Assembly (NCBI RefSeq): GCF_009914755.1
Contig: NC_060934.1
DNA length: 64,000 nucleotides
From: the human T2T-CHM13v2.0 reference genome, Homo sapiens
Reading direction: 5' to 3' (one strand)
Position 1 is the stretch's first letter. Each line of letters starts with the position of its first letter. Shown here one piece after another: positions 1 through 12,945 of the stretch. The notes beneath the pieces are model-generated. The model was not told the DNA's origin and did not search any database. It saw only the letters and a program-made list of their open reading frames with translations. The translations under genes and the position numbers were made by a program.

Positions 1-318
1 CATGGGCTTTTAAGGCAAGAACTGAGAAGACAGAGCTGGGTACTCTCTCCACCTGCCTGCACTGCCTTTCTGTGCTGTGACCCTCTGAGCCTCAGGGCTA
101 CTATCTGTTCCCAGAGCATGCCAAGACTTGGGTGGCCTTTGAGGAGAGCATTTTCCATATTTTGTTCACTACCTCCCAACTCCTCCTCTCCTGCAGAGAG
201 GCTTACTTTTATGCTCACAGCCAATATACTTCAAATAAAAGGTTCTGTTCTGTTAAACAAGCAAGAACTTTCATAAACCATCCTGTACCGTAGAATTACA
301 GAGAACACCAGGATTTAC

Positions 319-1028
319 TGTGGTAGACGCAATGATGACTCCCAAAGATGTCCATGTCCTGATCTCCGAACCTGTGCATCTGTCACCTGACATAGCAAAA
401 GGAACTTTGTAGATGCATCTGGTGACAAGTAGAGGTCACAATGATGTGAGGAAAGAGCCTGTATTTGTTTGTTCTCACACTGCTATAAAGACATAGCTGA
501 AACTGGGTAATTTATAAAGGAAAGAGATTTAATTGACTCACAGTTCAGCATGGCTGGGGAGGCCTCAGGAACTTAACAATCATGGCAGAAGGGGATGCGA
601 ACACATCCTTCTTCACATGGTGGCAGGAAGGAGAAGTGCCAAGCCAAAGGGGAAATAGCCCCTTTTAAAACCATCAGATCTTGTGAGAACTCATTCACCA
701 TCATGAGAACAACATGAGGGTAACCATCCCCATGATTCAATTATCTCCCACTGGGTCCCTCCCAGGACACGTGGGCATTATGGGAACTACAATTCAAGAT
801 GAGATCTGGGTGGGGACACAGTCAAATTATATCAGAGCCCACAAGCCAAGGAGTGTGAGTGGCTTCTGGAAGCTGGAAGAGGCAAGGCAGTGGTTCCCAC
901 CCAGAATCCCTGGGCCCTGCCGCCAGCTTGATTTAAGGACTTCTGATCTCAAGAGCTGTAAAAGGAGGAATCTGTGTTGCCTCAAGCCACTGAGTATGTG
1001 AAAATGTGTTACAGCAGCCATGGGAAGC
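319..1028 (+). mobile_element. MLT1 (MLT1D-like) ERVL-MaLR LTR, split by THE1D
   Basis: Starts TGTGGTAG...CCCAAAGATGTCCATGTCCTGAT; resumes after 835 with AAGCCAAGGA...GAAGCTGGAAGAGGCAAG...AAGCCACTGAGT...TTACAGCAGCCATGGGAA. Confidence 0.75.
460..834 (-). mobile_element. THE1D-like solo LTR
   Basis: Full-length match to recalled THE1D reverse complement; perfect 5-bp TSD GAGCC at 455-459 and 835-839. Confidence 0.9.
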
Positions 1029-2794
1029 CGGCCCATTTGCTCACGCTGGTGAATAATGAATCAGCAGCGTGCTTGGTAAATGTACCCATGGGCACTAAGG
1101 GACCATGAGGAATGCCCCTGGCCACAGATCTGACCTCTGGAGGCTGCTGTGGATGACCTACAGAAGGGGCTGTGGGGTTGGAGGGAGGAAGGCTCAAGAC
1201 CTGGCTCCTCCTCACTCAGCATCTGGCTTCGAGGCATCCACATTGGCTGCGTCTCCATCTCTGGTCTCTGATGCTCAAGGAGGTGTTATCCGTTTGGATG
1301 TTATACTTGCAATCTAAGAGCTCTCTGGGGCAGATGAAAAAGTCAGATGCAGAATCTTGACATGCAGTTGAAGCACAGAGAGGGGATCCTAGCCTTTCTG
1401 TTATAAAATTCCATGGGGCTGCCTTTTGCTCATCCCACGTGCACTGACTTAATGGGTTTACCTCTGTGCGCTCAAACCTCCCTGAGGAGAAGGGCTCCTC
1501 TGCAGACACACTTTCCCATCTGCTGTATGTGGGAATCACAATACACAGAGTTTGTGCAATCTATTTATGCAAAACACTGAGTTTATTGCTCACCAAGATT
1601 GAAATCTTCAGTGAATGCTGGCTTTGTTGGTCTGCTGAGCACCACATTGGGAGCGTGTGTAGTTAATGATACAGTATACACTAGATAGCTTGGGTCTTAT
1701 AATAATTTTTTTATGGTCAATCTAAACCTAATATCCCTTTTTTCGTAGTATTTTCTGCTATCCTAAATCTTCCATCTGAAAAGCAATAATAGGAAGGCCA
1801 TCAGCAGAGCTTATGGGAACACCATCATGCTTAAAGCAACCCTGATTAGTGGATGATGGCACTACCGCCTCATCCAGAATAAGGTGGCATTGGAATGGTG
1901 CTGGTCAGCAGCCCCAGTTGGCCACCATCTCTGTACGATGGGTGATTAGCCTCCCTACAAGGCCAGTGGCTCTGACAGTCCACCCAGACTTGTCCCACAT
2001 GTGCTGACAGGTGCCCAGGAGGGTGTACAGATGACCTGCTGTTAGGCTTGGCCACCTTGTTTGCTCTCCTCTCCCTCTGCTGCCCAGGGTGAGCCTCAAA
2101 AGGGCAGAATGCCTCTCCCAGAAGCCTGTGCTTTGGTGGGGGGGCTTGGTTGGGGCGGGGAGGCCACAGGCACAGAGGCCAGGGTTGCTGAGCCTTGCTG
2201 CAAGCATGACCGCCCCGAGCCACTCTGCACGGCCATCTGTTCATTCCAGGAGGCTTCCAGAAGAGGCCACAGAGGCTCTGCGGCACTGGACTTGCTTAGA
2301 GTGAGGGCAAAGCAGCTCTCCCCGGCATGACTGGGCACAGGCCCATATAAGCGGTTCTCCCAGCATTTTCCACAGCTCCATCAGTGGCTCAGAGGAGGAG
2401 CTGCTCATGCGATGTCCAGGCTAGGCAGTTCCCTTGGCTTCAGGTCGTCCACTCCAACAGCAAGGCCAACCAGAGGCCTGGGGGGCATGGGTCCTGCTTG
2501 GTCTCTCCTGTCACACTCCTGGCTGCTTGGCTGCATGCAAAGGTGCTGCTCAGAGGGAGTGGAGCTGTGGGGCTGTAGCCTTGAAACCACGTCCGGCTCC
2601 GGCCCCAGAACAGAGGCTCACCCCAATTCACAGGGCATGGGATTCCTTTTCCTGAGATGGGAAACTGAGGTTTGAGCTTCTGTGCTTTGTTCCTTCCTCA
2701 CAGACCATGAGTAGGACCAGGGGGATTGTCTCAGATAAGCTGAGAGCCTCCAGAAATTACAAAGCATGGAAAGTGACAAGGTAACAGTAATCCA

Positions 2795-3224
2795 TTGCCT
2801 TCATTTGCTGGGGCTGCTATAACAAATGCTGCAGACCTGGAGGCTTCAACAACAGAAACCTGCTCTCTCCCAGTTCCGGAGGCTGGAAGCCCACATTCAA
2901 GGTGTCAGCAGGGCTGTTTTCTGTCGAGGTCTCTCTCCCTGGCTTGCACACAGCAGCCTTCTCTTTGTATCCTCACATGGTCTCTGTGTGTGTGCACATG
3001 CACTGGAGCACACGTGTGTGTGTGCAGGCATCCCTGCTGTCTCTGTGTGTGTCCAGTTTCTTTGTATAGGAACACGAGCCAGATTGCATTAGGGCTCACC
3101 TTAACAGCTTCATTTTAGCTTCATCACCATTTTACAGGTCCTGTCTTCAAATGCAGTCATGTTCTGAGGTTCTGGGGGTTCAGGCTTCAACATAGGAATC
3201 TCAGGGGACACAGTCAAGTCCCCA
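2795..3224 (-). mobile_element. MLT1A-like LTR
   Basis: GGGCTGCTATAACAAA...GGAGGCTGGAAG...CAAGGTGTCAGCAGGG...TTCAACATAGGAAT...GGGGACACAG. Confidence 0.8.
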
Positions 3225-3235
3225 CTGCATGCATC

Positions 3236-3590
3236 TGTCAGTTATCATCAGGATAATGCTGTAAAACAAATGGCCTCCGACTAACAGCTGGCACTCACCT
3301 CTCATTCTAGTGCTTGCAGGTGCTGGTCCGCAGCTAGGCTGGTTGCTGGTAGCTTGAGGCTGGCCAGGATTCAGGCTGTAGTTTGGCTGGGTTTGGTGGC
3401 TCTAGGCTGGGGGTGGTGGTGTGCTGTAGGTTGGGCTAGGGGCTGCTGCACCCATCATCATTTTGAGTTCGCGGGCACTCAGACCTGGTGATGGCAGGAG
3501 CCCAGGGCACCAAACTCCACAAGCATATCTTCAGCCTGTTTTGGGCCACATCCACCCATTTCCGCCAGCCAAGCAAATCTCATGCCAAAA
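3236..3590 (-). mobile_element. Old MLT1 (H-K type) LTR fragment
   Basis: Diverged similarity (ATAATGCTGTAAAACAAA...GCCAAGCAAATCTCATGCCAAA). Confidence 0.45.
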
Positions 3591-3652
3591 TTATAGCATC
3601 TTATTTCCAAAATTATTTTGATACTTATGTCTTTTAAAAATGGTGACCTTTT

Positions 3653-4004
<352 letters not shown>

Positions 4005-4690
4005 TCAGCTAATCACTGGGTCTTTTATTCTATTTTCTTGTTGTCTTTTTGTCTTTTTCACTGAAATGCGCCTTTTTCATGGTGTCTGATCGAAGGAGAG
4101 TGCATTCTATTGCAAGGTGTTTCTGTGCAGAGCTAACCCTCTGCAGCTGTGCAGCCTGTTCACCCTCTGGCTTTGTCTCACGTGTCATTAGAACCAGTCT
4201 CACCTTTTCTCTTAGCTGGCTTCATTCTCAAGGTGTAATAGGGAAGTGATTATTGAAGAGATAAAATGTGTGAGCTGATGATGTCACACACAGATGTTTA
4301 CTTTTCAATTGTAATTAAATTCAACAAGTGACATCATGGTGGGTCTTTGAATTCTGTCAGCATATGGAATCCATCCTCTGGGTGGGTTTAAGATTTGTGT
4401 TTACACACGTGCCAATCAACTACATTGCTATTGTTAACAAAAAGGAATGGATTGTATTTTATAGCAATGCAGCCTTTCTGCTCTATTCTCCTTTAGTTTT
4501 AAGAAATTTCGTATTGTGTATTATATATTTCAAAAGCAGATGTGTTTGTTCTTCTTGAGCAATCCTGGGTGCTGAGACACTTCCTGGTTCCCTAGGTGGT
4601 GCCCTGCTGGCATTTTATGGACACTTGATTCTAGAGCTGATTTCACTTCGCTAGTCCTGGGATCCAGGATTCAGAGTAATTCATCTTTAA

Positions 4691-4875
4691 TTTCTTTTTT
4701 ATTTTATTGTGGTAAAATACACATCACAGAATTTCGCCCCTTAACCTTGTTTAAGCACACAGTTCTGCGGCATGAAGCACACTCACGCTGTTGTGCAGCA
4801 CCATCCATCCCCACCGCCCTTTCGTCTTCCCAGACGGAAACCCTGTCCCCCTGAAACATGGGCTCCCCACTCCCT
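4691..4875 (-). mobile_element. L1MB-type 3' end fragment
   Basis: TTTTATTGTGGTAAAATACACAT...CACGCTGTTGTGCAGCACCATC...GAAACCCTGTCCCC. Confidence 0.75.
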
Positions 4876-6419
4876 AAGGCATCTTTTTAGGCTAAGAGGC
4901 TAAAAATCATTTGCCTGCCAAAGGACATTTGTGTGGTTGATAGTGGGAGAACCCACACTTTTATTAGCACCAGACATGATAATGTCTGATGGTTATCCCG
5001 GGCCTGGGGCTGCAGGTGCCGCCAGGAACAGCTGTGAGGCAGGGGCCTGGGCTCAGGAGCCGGCACGGGAGCCACTCACTGGGGTTGCTCCCTGTAGTCT
5101 CTGCCCCCCACCAACTCTCACTTAGCTTCTCTGTGCCTTTGTCTTGTTCCCTGGGAAGTGCAGACATGGAGAGACTTTTTCTCTCAGACAGTGCGGGGAT
5201 TAAGTTATTCTCTCCTATAGGTTTGCATACAGTAGGAGCTCAGCGCACGACTTGGGAAATGTATGCATAAGGTGGAGCTGTGCAAATGAGAAGTGCTCTA
5301 GAGGGTGTGTGTTCCTAGTGGCCCGTCTACCTCCGGAAGCAGTGGCTGTCCCTGTGACGACGCCCAGCACTTTCTTCCAAGCACAGGGGAATGCACGGTG
5401 TCAACTCTGCCCTCAGTCCAAGGGGCTTTTCTTACCTTTTCCCTGGTCAGCAGATTGCTGATCCCCGCCTGCAGGGGATGGAGACAGAGCTGTTTTTCCC
5501 ACGCGAGGTCTCACACACGCCCTGCAGACCCAAGTGATGGAGGGGGTGGGCCCTTCATGGGCCAGGTGGATGAGTGGGCGGACAGAGCCGGCCAGCTGCT
5601 CTGTGCTGAAGGCAAATGGCTCTTTAACTTTGGGTTTTAAAAAACCTTATAATCAAGCGATTTGACCTTTGGTTCTAGAATTTGCTGCCGTGTACTTTTA
5701 GTACCAACCAAAGCGGCAGCTCTCTGGGCTGGCCCTGCTTAACAGATGGAGGGGTTGAGAGATTGGTTTCCGCTGAGACCGATGATTTGCAGGAGCAGCA
5801 GTTCTGACCCCAGACATCAAACACTGGCTCCTTACACAGCTGCTGGGGAGGGGCTAGTCTCCACTCAAGGCAAGGGGTTGGCTGGGGAACATTGACTGGG
5901 ACTCCAATAAAATGGATGGAGAAACACTGATGCAGTGAAAGGTCCTTCCAAGGAGAATTACACTGTGGACATTGGTCCCCTAGTTGTAAAATGAGGGGTC
6001 CCTGCACTTTTCATAAGAAACGATCCTGTTTCTTATTCATCCCATGGAATCCACACCCCGAAATAGTTTTCCTAGCCACCTCCTGCTCCCTCCCCAATCC
6101 CCACCCCTCCCCCACCATGGGAGGGATCCACCAGGTTAGAGTGCCACCTAATTCCCTGTCCCAATCAGAGACCCCACTCACTTCCAGTCATAGTCTCGGT
6201 CACCAGTCACTGTCAGCCAGAACCGGCACACCAGCTAATGGGATTTAGTCAAAGAGGCTTGGGAGTTCCTGCACCCACAGAAATGCCATAGGCTTTCTGC
6301 AATTCTGCAGGGAACTCGTAGGTCCTGATTCTTTGGGAGCTGAGGACCCCAGGTGGGAGCCCTGGGTTGAGTAATCTCTGGCAGAGCTGCAGACATAGCT
6401 AATAACAATTGAGGAAGGA

Positions 6420-6512
6420 ATATTTGCATGGGACACACTTACACTAAATAATTATTTGTTGCTTATCTAAAATTCCAATTCAACAGAGTGTCTTGTATTT
6501 TATCTGTAACCC
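6420..6512. mobile_element. MER53 (hAT MITE) half element
   Basis: ATTTGCATGGGACACACTTACACTAAA...TTATCTAAAATTCCAATT...TGTATTTTATCTGTAACCC. Confidence 0.65.
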
Positions 6513-7059
6513 CACTCTCAGGCCCTTTCTGCCAGGTCAGTTCCTGATGTCCTGGTGTCTGTGAAAGCCCCAGGATATGTGGAAAGAGAATGAGGGGGCT
6601 GTGAGAGACACTCCTCAAGCTAAGACTAGGGTTCCAGGAGGATGGGAATTTCCACCCCTCTATCGCACATCTGGGATGGGGCTTTGTGGGCATGAACGAG
6701 ACACTCAGTTCCATTCTTTGTTGAGGGCTAGGGCTCTCCCTGCTTGTGGGGTTGGCAGGCCCCATAAGAGGAACTTTTGTCTCAGGAGGCTGAAGCTAGA
6801 ATGTGAATAGGACAATGTGGAAAACCAAGATCTGGGAGACAGAAGTGGTGTGCAGGTGCATCAGGCTGGAGGGCTGGTCCCTAGGCAGGCTGTGTCCTAC
6901 TCTGTGGCTCCCTGCTCCACCATCTTGCAGAGAGCCCTGGCCTGGTCCAGGTAATTACTTTGCCTTCCCCCTATTTGCTCCCAACTGCTGATTCTCATTG
7001 GCTCTGAATAAAGTCTCTAGAAGAAAGTTTCTGGCCAGAGAGGCAGGGAGGCTGGGTGC

Positions 7060-7179
7060 TGCCCTGGCTTTGCCTCCAGCTGGCTGAGCCCATTGGCAAG
7101 TCATTTAGCCTTCATGAGTCACGGCATCCTGCTCTGTAAAATGGGAGCCACAAAACATTCTGCCTTGTAATTCGTGTGG
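7060..7179 (+). mobile_element. MIR fragment
   Basis: GGCAAGTCATTTAGCCT...CTCTGTAAAATGGG core. Confidence 0.6.
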
Positions 7180-7885
7180 AAAAATCAAAAGCAAACAACA
7201 GTGAGAGACTACTACACAACTGTCACAATGAGCAACATCTGGAACACCGACAACACTAAATGCTGGTGAGGCTGTGGAGCCACAGGAGTGCTCATTCACT
7301 ACTGGAAAGAACGCAAAATGGAACAGCCACATTGGAAGACAGTTTGGCAGCTTCCTACAAAACGAAAATGCTCTTTCCATATGCTACAAGTGTGCTCCTT
7401 GGTATTTGCCCAAAGGAGTAAAAAGCCTGTGTTTACACAGAAACCTGCACATGCACGCTTACAGCAGGTTTATTTGTAATTGCCCAAACTTGGAAGTAAC
7501 CAAGACGTTTTTCAGTAGATGAAGGGATAAATAAACTATGGTACATACAGACAGTGGAATATTTTTCAGCAGTATAAAGAAATGAGCTATCAAATCATGG
7601 AAAGACACGAAAGAACCTTAAGTGCATATTACTAACTAAGGGAAGCCAACCTGAAAAGGCTACATAGTGTGTGACTCCAACTGTGATTCCAATCCTGGAA
7701 AAGGCAAAACAATGGAGACTGTAAAAAGATCAGAAAAAGAGCGATTGTAACAAAAGTGCCCCCCGGTGGGGGATGTTGATAGGCGAGGAGGCTGTGCATG
7801 TGTGGGGCTAGGATATGTGGGAACTTTCTGTACCTCCTGTTCAATTTTGTTGTGAACCTAGAACTGCTCTAAAAGTCTATGAAAA
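7180..7885 (+). mobile_element. L1MC1-like 3' end
   Basis: GACAACACTAAATGCTGGTGAGG...TTGGAAGACAGTTTGGCAG...CAATTTTGTTGTGAACCTA...CTCTAAAA. Confidence 0.85.
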
Positions 7886-7899
7886 GGATCAAAAGCAGT

Positions 7900-7956
7900 T
7901 GTACTAGTCAGGGTACTCCAGAGAAACAGGACCAATGGGATGTCTCTGTCTTTCTG

Positions 7957-8018
<62 letters not shown>

Positions 8019-8205
8019 GTCATCTATCTATCATCTATCTTTAGCTATGTACCTACCTACCTACCTATCATCTATCTACCTACCCACCTATTATCTATCT
8101 ATATCTATCATCTGTCTATTATCTATCATCTATTTATATCTATCTATTATCTATCATCTCCCTGTCTATTAACTATATCATCTATCTATATCTCTCTATT
8201 ATCTC

Positions 8206-8258
<53 letters not shown>

Positions 8259-8273
8259 ATCTAGCTATCTATC

Positions 8274-8327
<54 letters not shown>

Positions 8328-8676
8328 CATCTTAAGGAATTGGCTCATCAGTCTGTGGAGGCCGCAAGTCTGAGATCTGCAGGGCAGGCCAACAGGCTGG
8401 AGACCCAGGGAACGGTTGATGGTGCAGTCTTGGGCCTCTGAGGACATCTAGAGGCAAATTCTCTCTTCCTCAGGGGACTTCAATTTTTTTCTCTCAAGGC
8501 TTTCAAGTGAGTGCATGAGATCCACCCACATTACAAGCAGTAACCTGCTTTACTCAAAGTCTGCCGATTTCAATATTAGTCTCATCTAAATATACCTTCA
8601 CAGTGATCTGGACTGATGTTTGACCAAATTTCTGGGTACCATATCCTAGTCCAGCTGACATATGAAATTAACCATA
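7900..8676 (-). mobile_element. MLT2D-like ERVL LTR containing an expanded TCTA tract
   Basis: TGTACTAGTCAGGGTACTCCAGAGAAACAG...AAGGAATTGGCTCA...CTTTACTCAAAGTC...GACATATGAAATTAACCAT. Confidence 0.8.
7957..8330. repeat. Compound (TCTA)n microsatellite
   Basis: Pure blocks (TCTA)11 at 7972-8015, (TCTA)11 at 8213-8256 and (TCTA)10 at 8286-8325, with degenerate spacers. Confidence 0.97.
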
Positions 8677-8754
8677 AAATTCCGGCAGTCTACAAATATA
8701 GCGTCACCTCAAGTTATGTCGAGAGTTCAGAAAAGTAGGGAAGTTACCTTTGCG

Positions 8755-8919
8755 TATTTTTTGAAATGAAAAACGCTTTTCTTCTGCTTATACAGATAAT
8801 GCACATTTATATATTTAACCACGAAACATACTAAATAATAGAGAATTAAAAATTTATTCTCATATCCCTCTTACTTCTTTCCAGAGAAGCCATTATTCAA
8901 ATCTTTTCTAAGCAAATAG

Positions 8920-8963
<44 letters not shown>

Positions 8964-9330
8964 CTTTATAGAAACGAGGATGTTGTAAAAGTTGTAGTCT
9001 TCTGCTTTCACTTGGCACACCATTAACCTTTGTGAATGAATGTTGGTACATATCATTCTTATTAATGTCTGCATTAGGTTCCATTGATTCAACACATCAT
9101 CATTTATGTAACCAACCACATAATCATGGGCATTTAGGTTGTTCCACTGTGATTTGAATAGTTATTTTTTGCACAGCTGTCTAATGATCTGCTTGGGACA
9201 AGTTCCCAGGGAGGGAATGGCTGAGCTCAAGGGTATATGCATTTTAGATTTTGATTCCTTTGCTCCATGGCCTGTGGCATGGTGGTCTCAATTTATAGTC
9301 TCACTAATATACTTTGAAACCTTTGCTAGT
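8755..9330 (-). mobile_element. L1ME-type fragment
   Basis: GGGCATTTAGGTTGTTCCAC...GGAATGGCTGAGCTCAAGGGTATATGCATTTT. Confidence 0.55.
8921..8962. repeat. (CA)21 microsatellite
   Basis: Perfect dinucleotide run. Confidence 0.98.
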
Positions 9331-11154
9331 CTGACATGTGGGCATGTGGGACGTGATATCCATTGTAATTCTATCCTGGAATCCTTAAAATATGTCTGCC
9401 ACCCCTCAACCCACTCCTCTGTCCTGCTCACTGTATCAGAATAAAGGAAGGGCCATCTTATTATGGATCTATTGTTTTATACCCTCAGAAGCATGGACCT
9501 CCCTGAGTGGTGCCTTGGGCCCCTGGAAGGAAGATGTGGAGAGGACCACAAGGATGGGGTTTTTAGTCATTGACACCAAGATGTTGGGAATCATTGGAGA
9601 AATAAAAAGCAGATGATGAGCAATCCGCTTTCAATCAAGAAGTGGCAGCAACATGGCACTGGGGTGTGTGGAGAGTAGCTGGCAGCGGGCAGCGGAGACA
9701 AACAGGGAGGTCACCCTAATGCCTCCTTCACCCTCGCAGAACCCTGAGGTCTTCTCAGCCCTGCCCTCTCTGCTTTGTGTCTCTCAGCCCCACCCTCTCC
9801 TCCTGGCAAGCTGCACCCCCCCGGAGCCCATGGTCAGCGAAGTTGCGGCTGCAGGAGACCCCCGTCAAGAGCTCCCTGAACCCCATTTCCCTCTGAGAGG
9901 GACTGGGGGGTCCGCTCTCATGGCTGGAGATGAGGCCAAGCAAATGTCCATTCAGCCTGCACGTGAGTCCCTGGCCCTCACTGCCCTAGAGCCAGGTGGG
10001 CCTCAGGTGCCCTGCAAAGGCGGAGGATGTCAGTCCAAAGTTTTCAGAGATGGGAAGGGCTTGCTACTGACCAGGCTCCAGAGAAAAGAGCACCTGTACA
10101 ATGCCTGGCCCTGGAGGCTTCTCCTCTGTTGGGCAGGACCCCCAGGGGAGAAGGTCAACAGAATGGTCAGCATCTTTTTACATCTAAGCTTAGAATCCCC
10201 AGAAACTCCAAAGGATAAACTCCGAGAGGGCATCCCTGGAACACAGGCCTGCCGTCCCCCGCTCCAGGGGCACACTCGGGGAACTGTCTTCTCCTGGTCC
10301 CTCAGTCCTTGGCTGAGCTGGGAAGGGAGCAACAATCGGATTAGATTAGGGGGAATCTCCAAGGAGTTTCATCAGCAGGGTGTGCACTGGGTAGGGTGGG
10401 CATGAATCCTGGTCGGTCACGACAGAGTGGTGGGCGCCCACTGTCCTCTGTCATTATCAACGGCACTTTCTTTTACTCTCACGACTGGTTCAGTTTGGGT
10501 GATGAATTACATATCCCCCTGCCATTGGGGCATTTGTTGGTTGAATAACTAACAGTGGGCTGCCCTGCTGGTGAGGGTCCCGGCAGAGCCACCTGGAGCC
10601 TGTGCCCAGTGCTGGACGTCGGCTCTCCAGGAGGCGGGCCCTGCTGACCCTGTAACCCTGCCTTGTGGGGAGAAGTGCCCTCTGGTCTCCAGCTGTCAGA
10701 GCATGGTATCATCTCTCTGTTTTGCAGACTGTAGGCACGGAGGGAGGAGAATTTGTATTTCCTCCATAGCTCAGTATCCAGTACAATTATGGAGTAATCA
10801 TTAAGACCCAAATAGCTAAGAAGATCGCCATGGAAGGGATTGTCTCCTTTTAACATTGGAAGTGAAGGCCAGCAGGTTTCTGTGATGGGCTGAGGGTTGG
10901 AGGAGGGGCAGCCACCGTGGTGGGTAGGGAGGGAGACAGGAAAGGCACCCCCTCCTCCAAGGGTCAGTCAGAGCTAGTAAGCGATTTATTCGGGGGTACG
11001 TTGGCATCGGGTGCCAGGCTTGGAGAGCTCCCGACTATTGCATTTTCCCCACTTCCAAAGGTCCAGCTTCGGGTTCTTGTACCAACACTCTGCATCTTCT
11101 GTTGCCTTCATGCAGCACTTGTCACATTTGCTGCCTTTACCCACTGGGAATGTC

Positions 11155-11735
11155 AAAGGCTTTGGAGTTCAGACTGGGATTCAAATTCTGGCTCTGCCAG
11201 GTTAGGATGGAAGGATATGATTCGGGGCAAATTACCCATTTTCTCCAAGCCCCAGTTTTTTGGATCTGTGAAATGAGGACAGTGTTGCGTAGATTTGCAA
11301 TCAGTGTTATTGTGGGTTGAAGTGTGTCCTCCGCAAACTTGTATGTTGAAGCCCCAACCCCTAGTACTTCAGTCTCTGACTTTACTTGGAGATAGGATCC
11401 TTAAAAAGGTAATCAAGTTAAAGCGAGGCCATCAGGGTGGGGGAAATTTGGAGACATGCACCCACAGAGGGAAAATGCCATGGGAACACCACGACCCTAC
11501 AAGCCCGGGAGCGAGCCCTGGAATAGATCCATCCCTTGCAGCCCTCAGGAGGAACCAACCCTGCTGACACCTTCTGGCCTCCAGGGCCCTGAGACAATCA
11601 ATTGCCGTGTTTCAGTCACCTGGTTTGTGGTACTTTGTGACAGCAGCCCTGGGAAATGAATATCAGTTTTAATTGGAATAATTGCTTAAAGTGCCCTGGA
11701 GTATAGTAGGAGCTCAGCAAATGCTTGTCGAATGA
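11155..11735 (+). mobile_element. MIR split by an MLT1B insertion
   Basis: GGCTTTGGAGTTCAGACTGGGATTCAAATTCTGGCTCTGCCA...ATCTGTGAAATGAGGA; tail GTAGGAGCTCAGCAAATG after 11665. Confidence 0.6.
11303..11664 (+). mobile_element. MLT1B-like LTR
   Basis: GTTGAAGTGTGTCC...TATGTTGAAGCCCCAACCCC...GGAACCAACCCTGCTGACACC...TGTGGTACTTTGTGACAGCAGCCCT. Confidence 0.8.
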
Positions 11736-12699
11736 ACTTGGTGGCCCAGGAAATGTAGCTATTGCCCCTAACCCATCTCTCTCTCTGTTTCTCTCTCTCA
11801 ACTCTGAGGTTGGCTTGGGCAGTCCAGTGTAGGATTTCCACAAGGGAAGGTGCCATGCTGCCTGTATTTTCCCCAGGAGGAGGCGCTGGGATGCTGGATT
11901 TATCTACATGGGTGATGTGAAAGCTGAACTGAACTGCAGCTGTTGCTTTTCAGCCAATTGATTGATGGATTTCAGGAGGTGAGTTTGGTAGCCTAATGCA
12001 GTCCCACTGCAATACTGAGGATGCATCTTTGCCTGATGATGGTTGTGAGACCATTGATGTGCCAGGCCTTGTTCTTAAAGGAGCGCTCTCTGTCCTTGTA
12101 CAAAACCAAGTGCTGCTCCCCACGGCCTGCAAAGAGTCTCCTCTCTCAGCCTCACTGAGTGGTTGCTGTTGCCTTGGGTGCCCCGTTGTTCCCTCCATAC
12201 ACAGTTCCATCCCTCACCTCCTCACGCCCCTTCCTTCCTTCAGGATTGGCTCAAAGAACACCTCCTCCATGCTGCCCTCCTGGGTTGCCATGCACCAGGC
12301 TAGCGGAGGCTCGGAAGGATGTTCATCTGCTCCATAGCCTTGGGGTGGGCCAGCTTCAAGTTCATCTTGTCCCACCTTCCTGGCTCCAGCCGGCAGGGTT
12401 TCTTGCGTGTGTTTGATGCTCATTTCCTGTTTTCTCTGGATGGGTTTGTGTGTTAAGTGCATGCAGCTCCTAACTGTAATTCACGCCTGAAACGGGCCCG
12501 AGTAACGTGCACCATTTCCTTGGTCACGGGCGTCAGCGCAGGCATCTGTTGCTGTGAGGTCAGCTCCAAGGCTCGTCCTGGCGCTGGTCCCCAGCCTGCA
12601 ATTGTCGCTTGCTGTCCAGTGCTCCAACAGCCGTGCCTCCTGCTTAGGCAGGGACTGTGACTTCTCACCATGCTGGCAGGCCAACAGGTTTGTGGTGTA

Positions 12700-12945
12700 A
12701 TCTTTTCTTTTCATATTCTCTCATAGGCATTTTTTCACAAATTTACAAATTCCTCCTTGATGTCATTTTCAATGGTGGCATAACACCTTGCCTATGGATG
12801 TATGTGGTTGATTCCAACATTTCCTTTTGATTTTGGATATTTGATCTGTTTCTGGGGCTTTGGCCTTTACAATGATACACTGCAGCCCGTCCTCAGCGGC
12901 TCCTCAGGAGAAAGTCACAGGAGTGGAATTACTGGGTCACAGGTG
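12700..12945 (-). mobile_element. L1ME-type fragment
   Basis: TTTTCAATGGTGGCATAA...GGAGTGGAATTACTGGGTCA. Confidence 0.5.

Noticed and set aside
7879-8264. SIYL-repeat ORFs
   Set aside because: Translation of (TCTA)n.
7957-8330. Identity with a forensic STR such as D21S11
   Set aside because: Block structure does not match the D21S11 pattern as I recall it; no marker name can be assigned.
9653-10405. 250-aa + strand ORF
   Set aside because: No recognisable domain; composition typical of chance ORFs in GC-rich DNA; no supporting gene structure.
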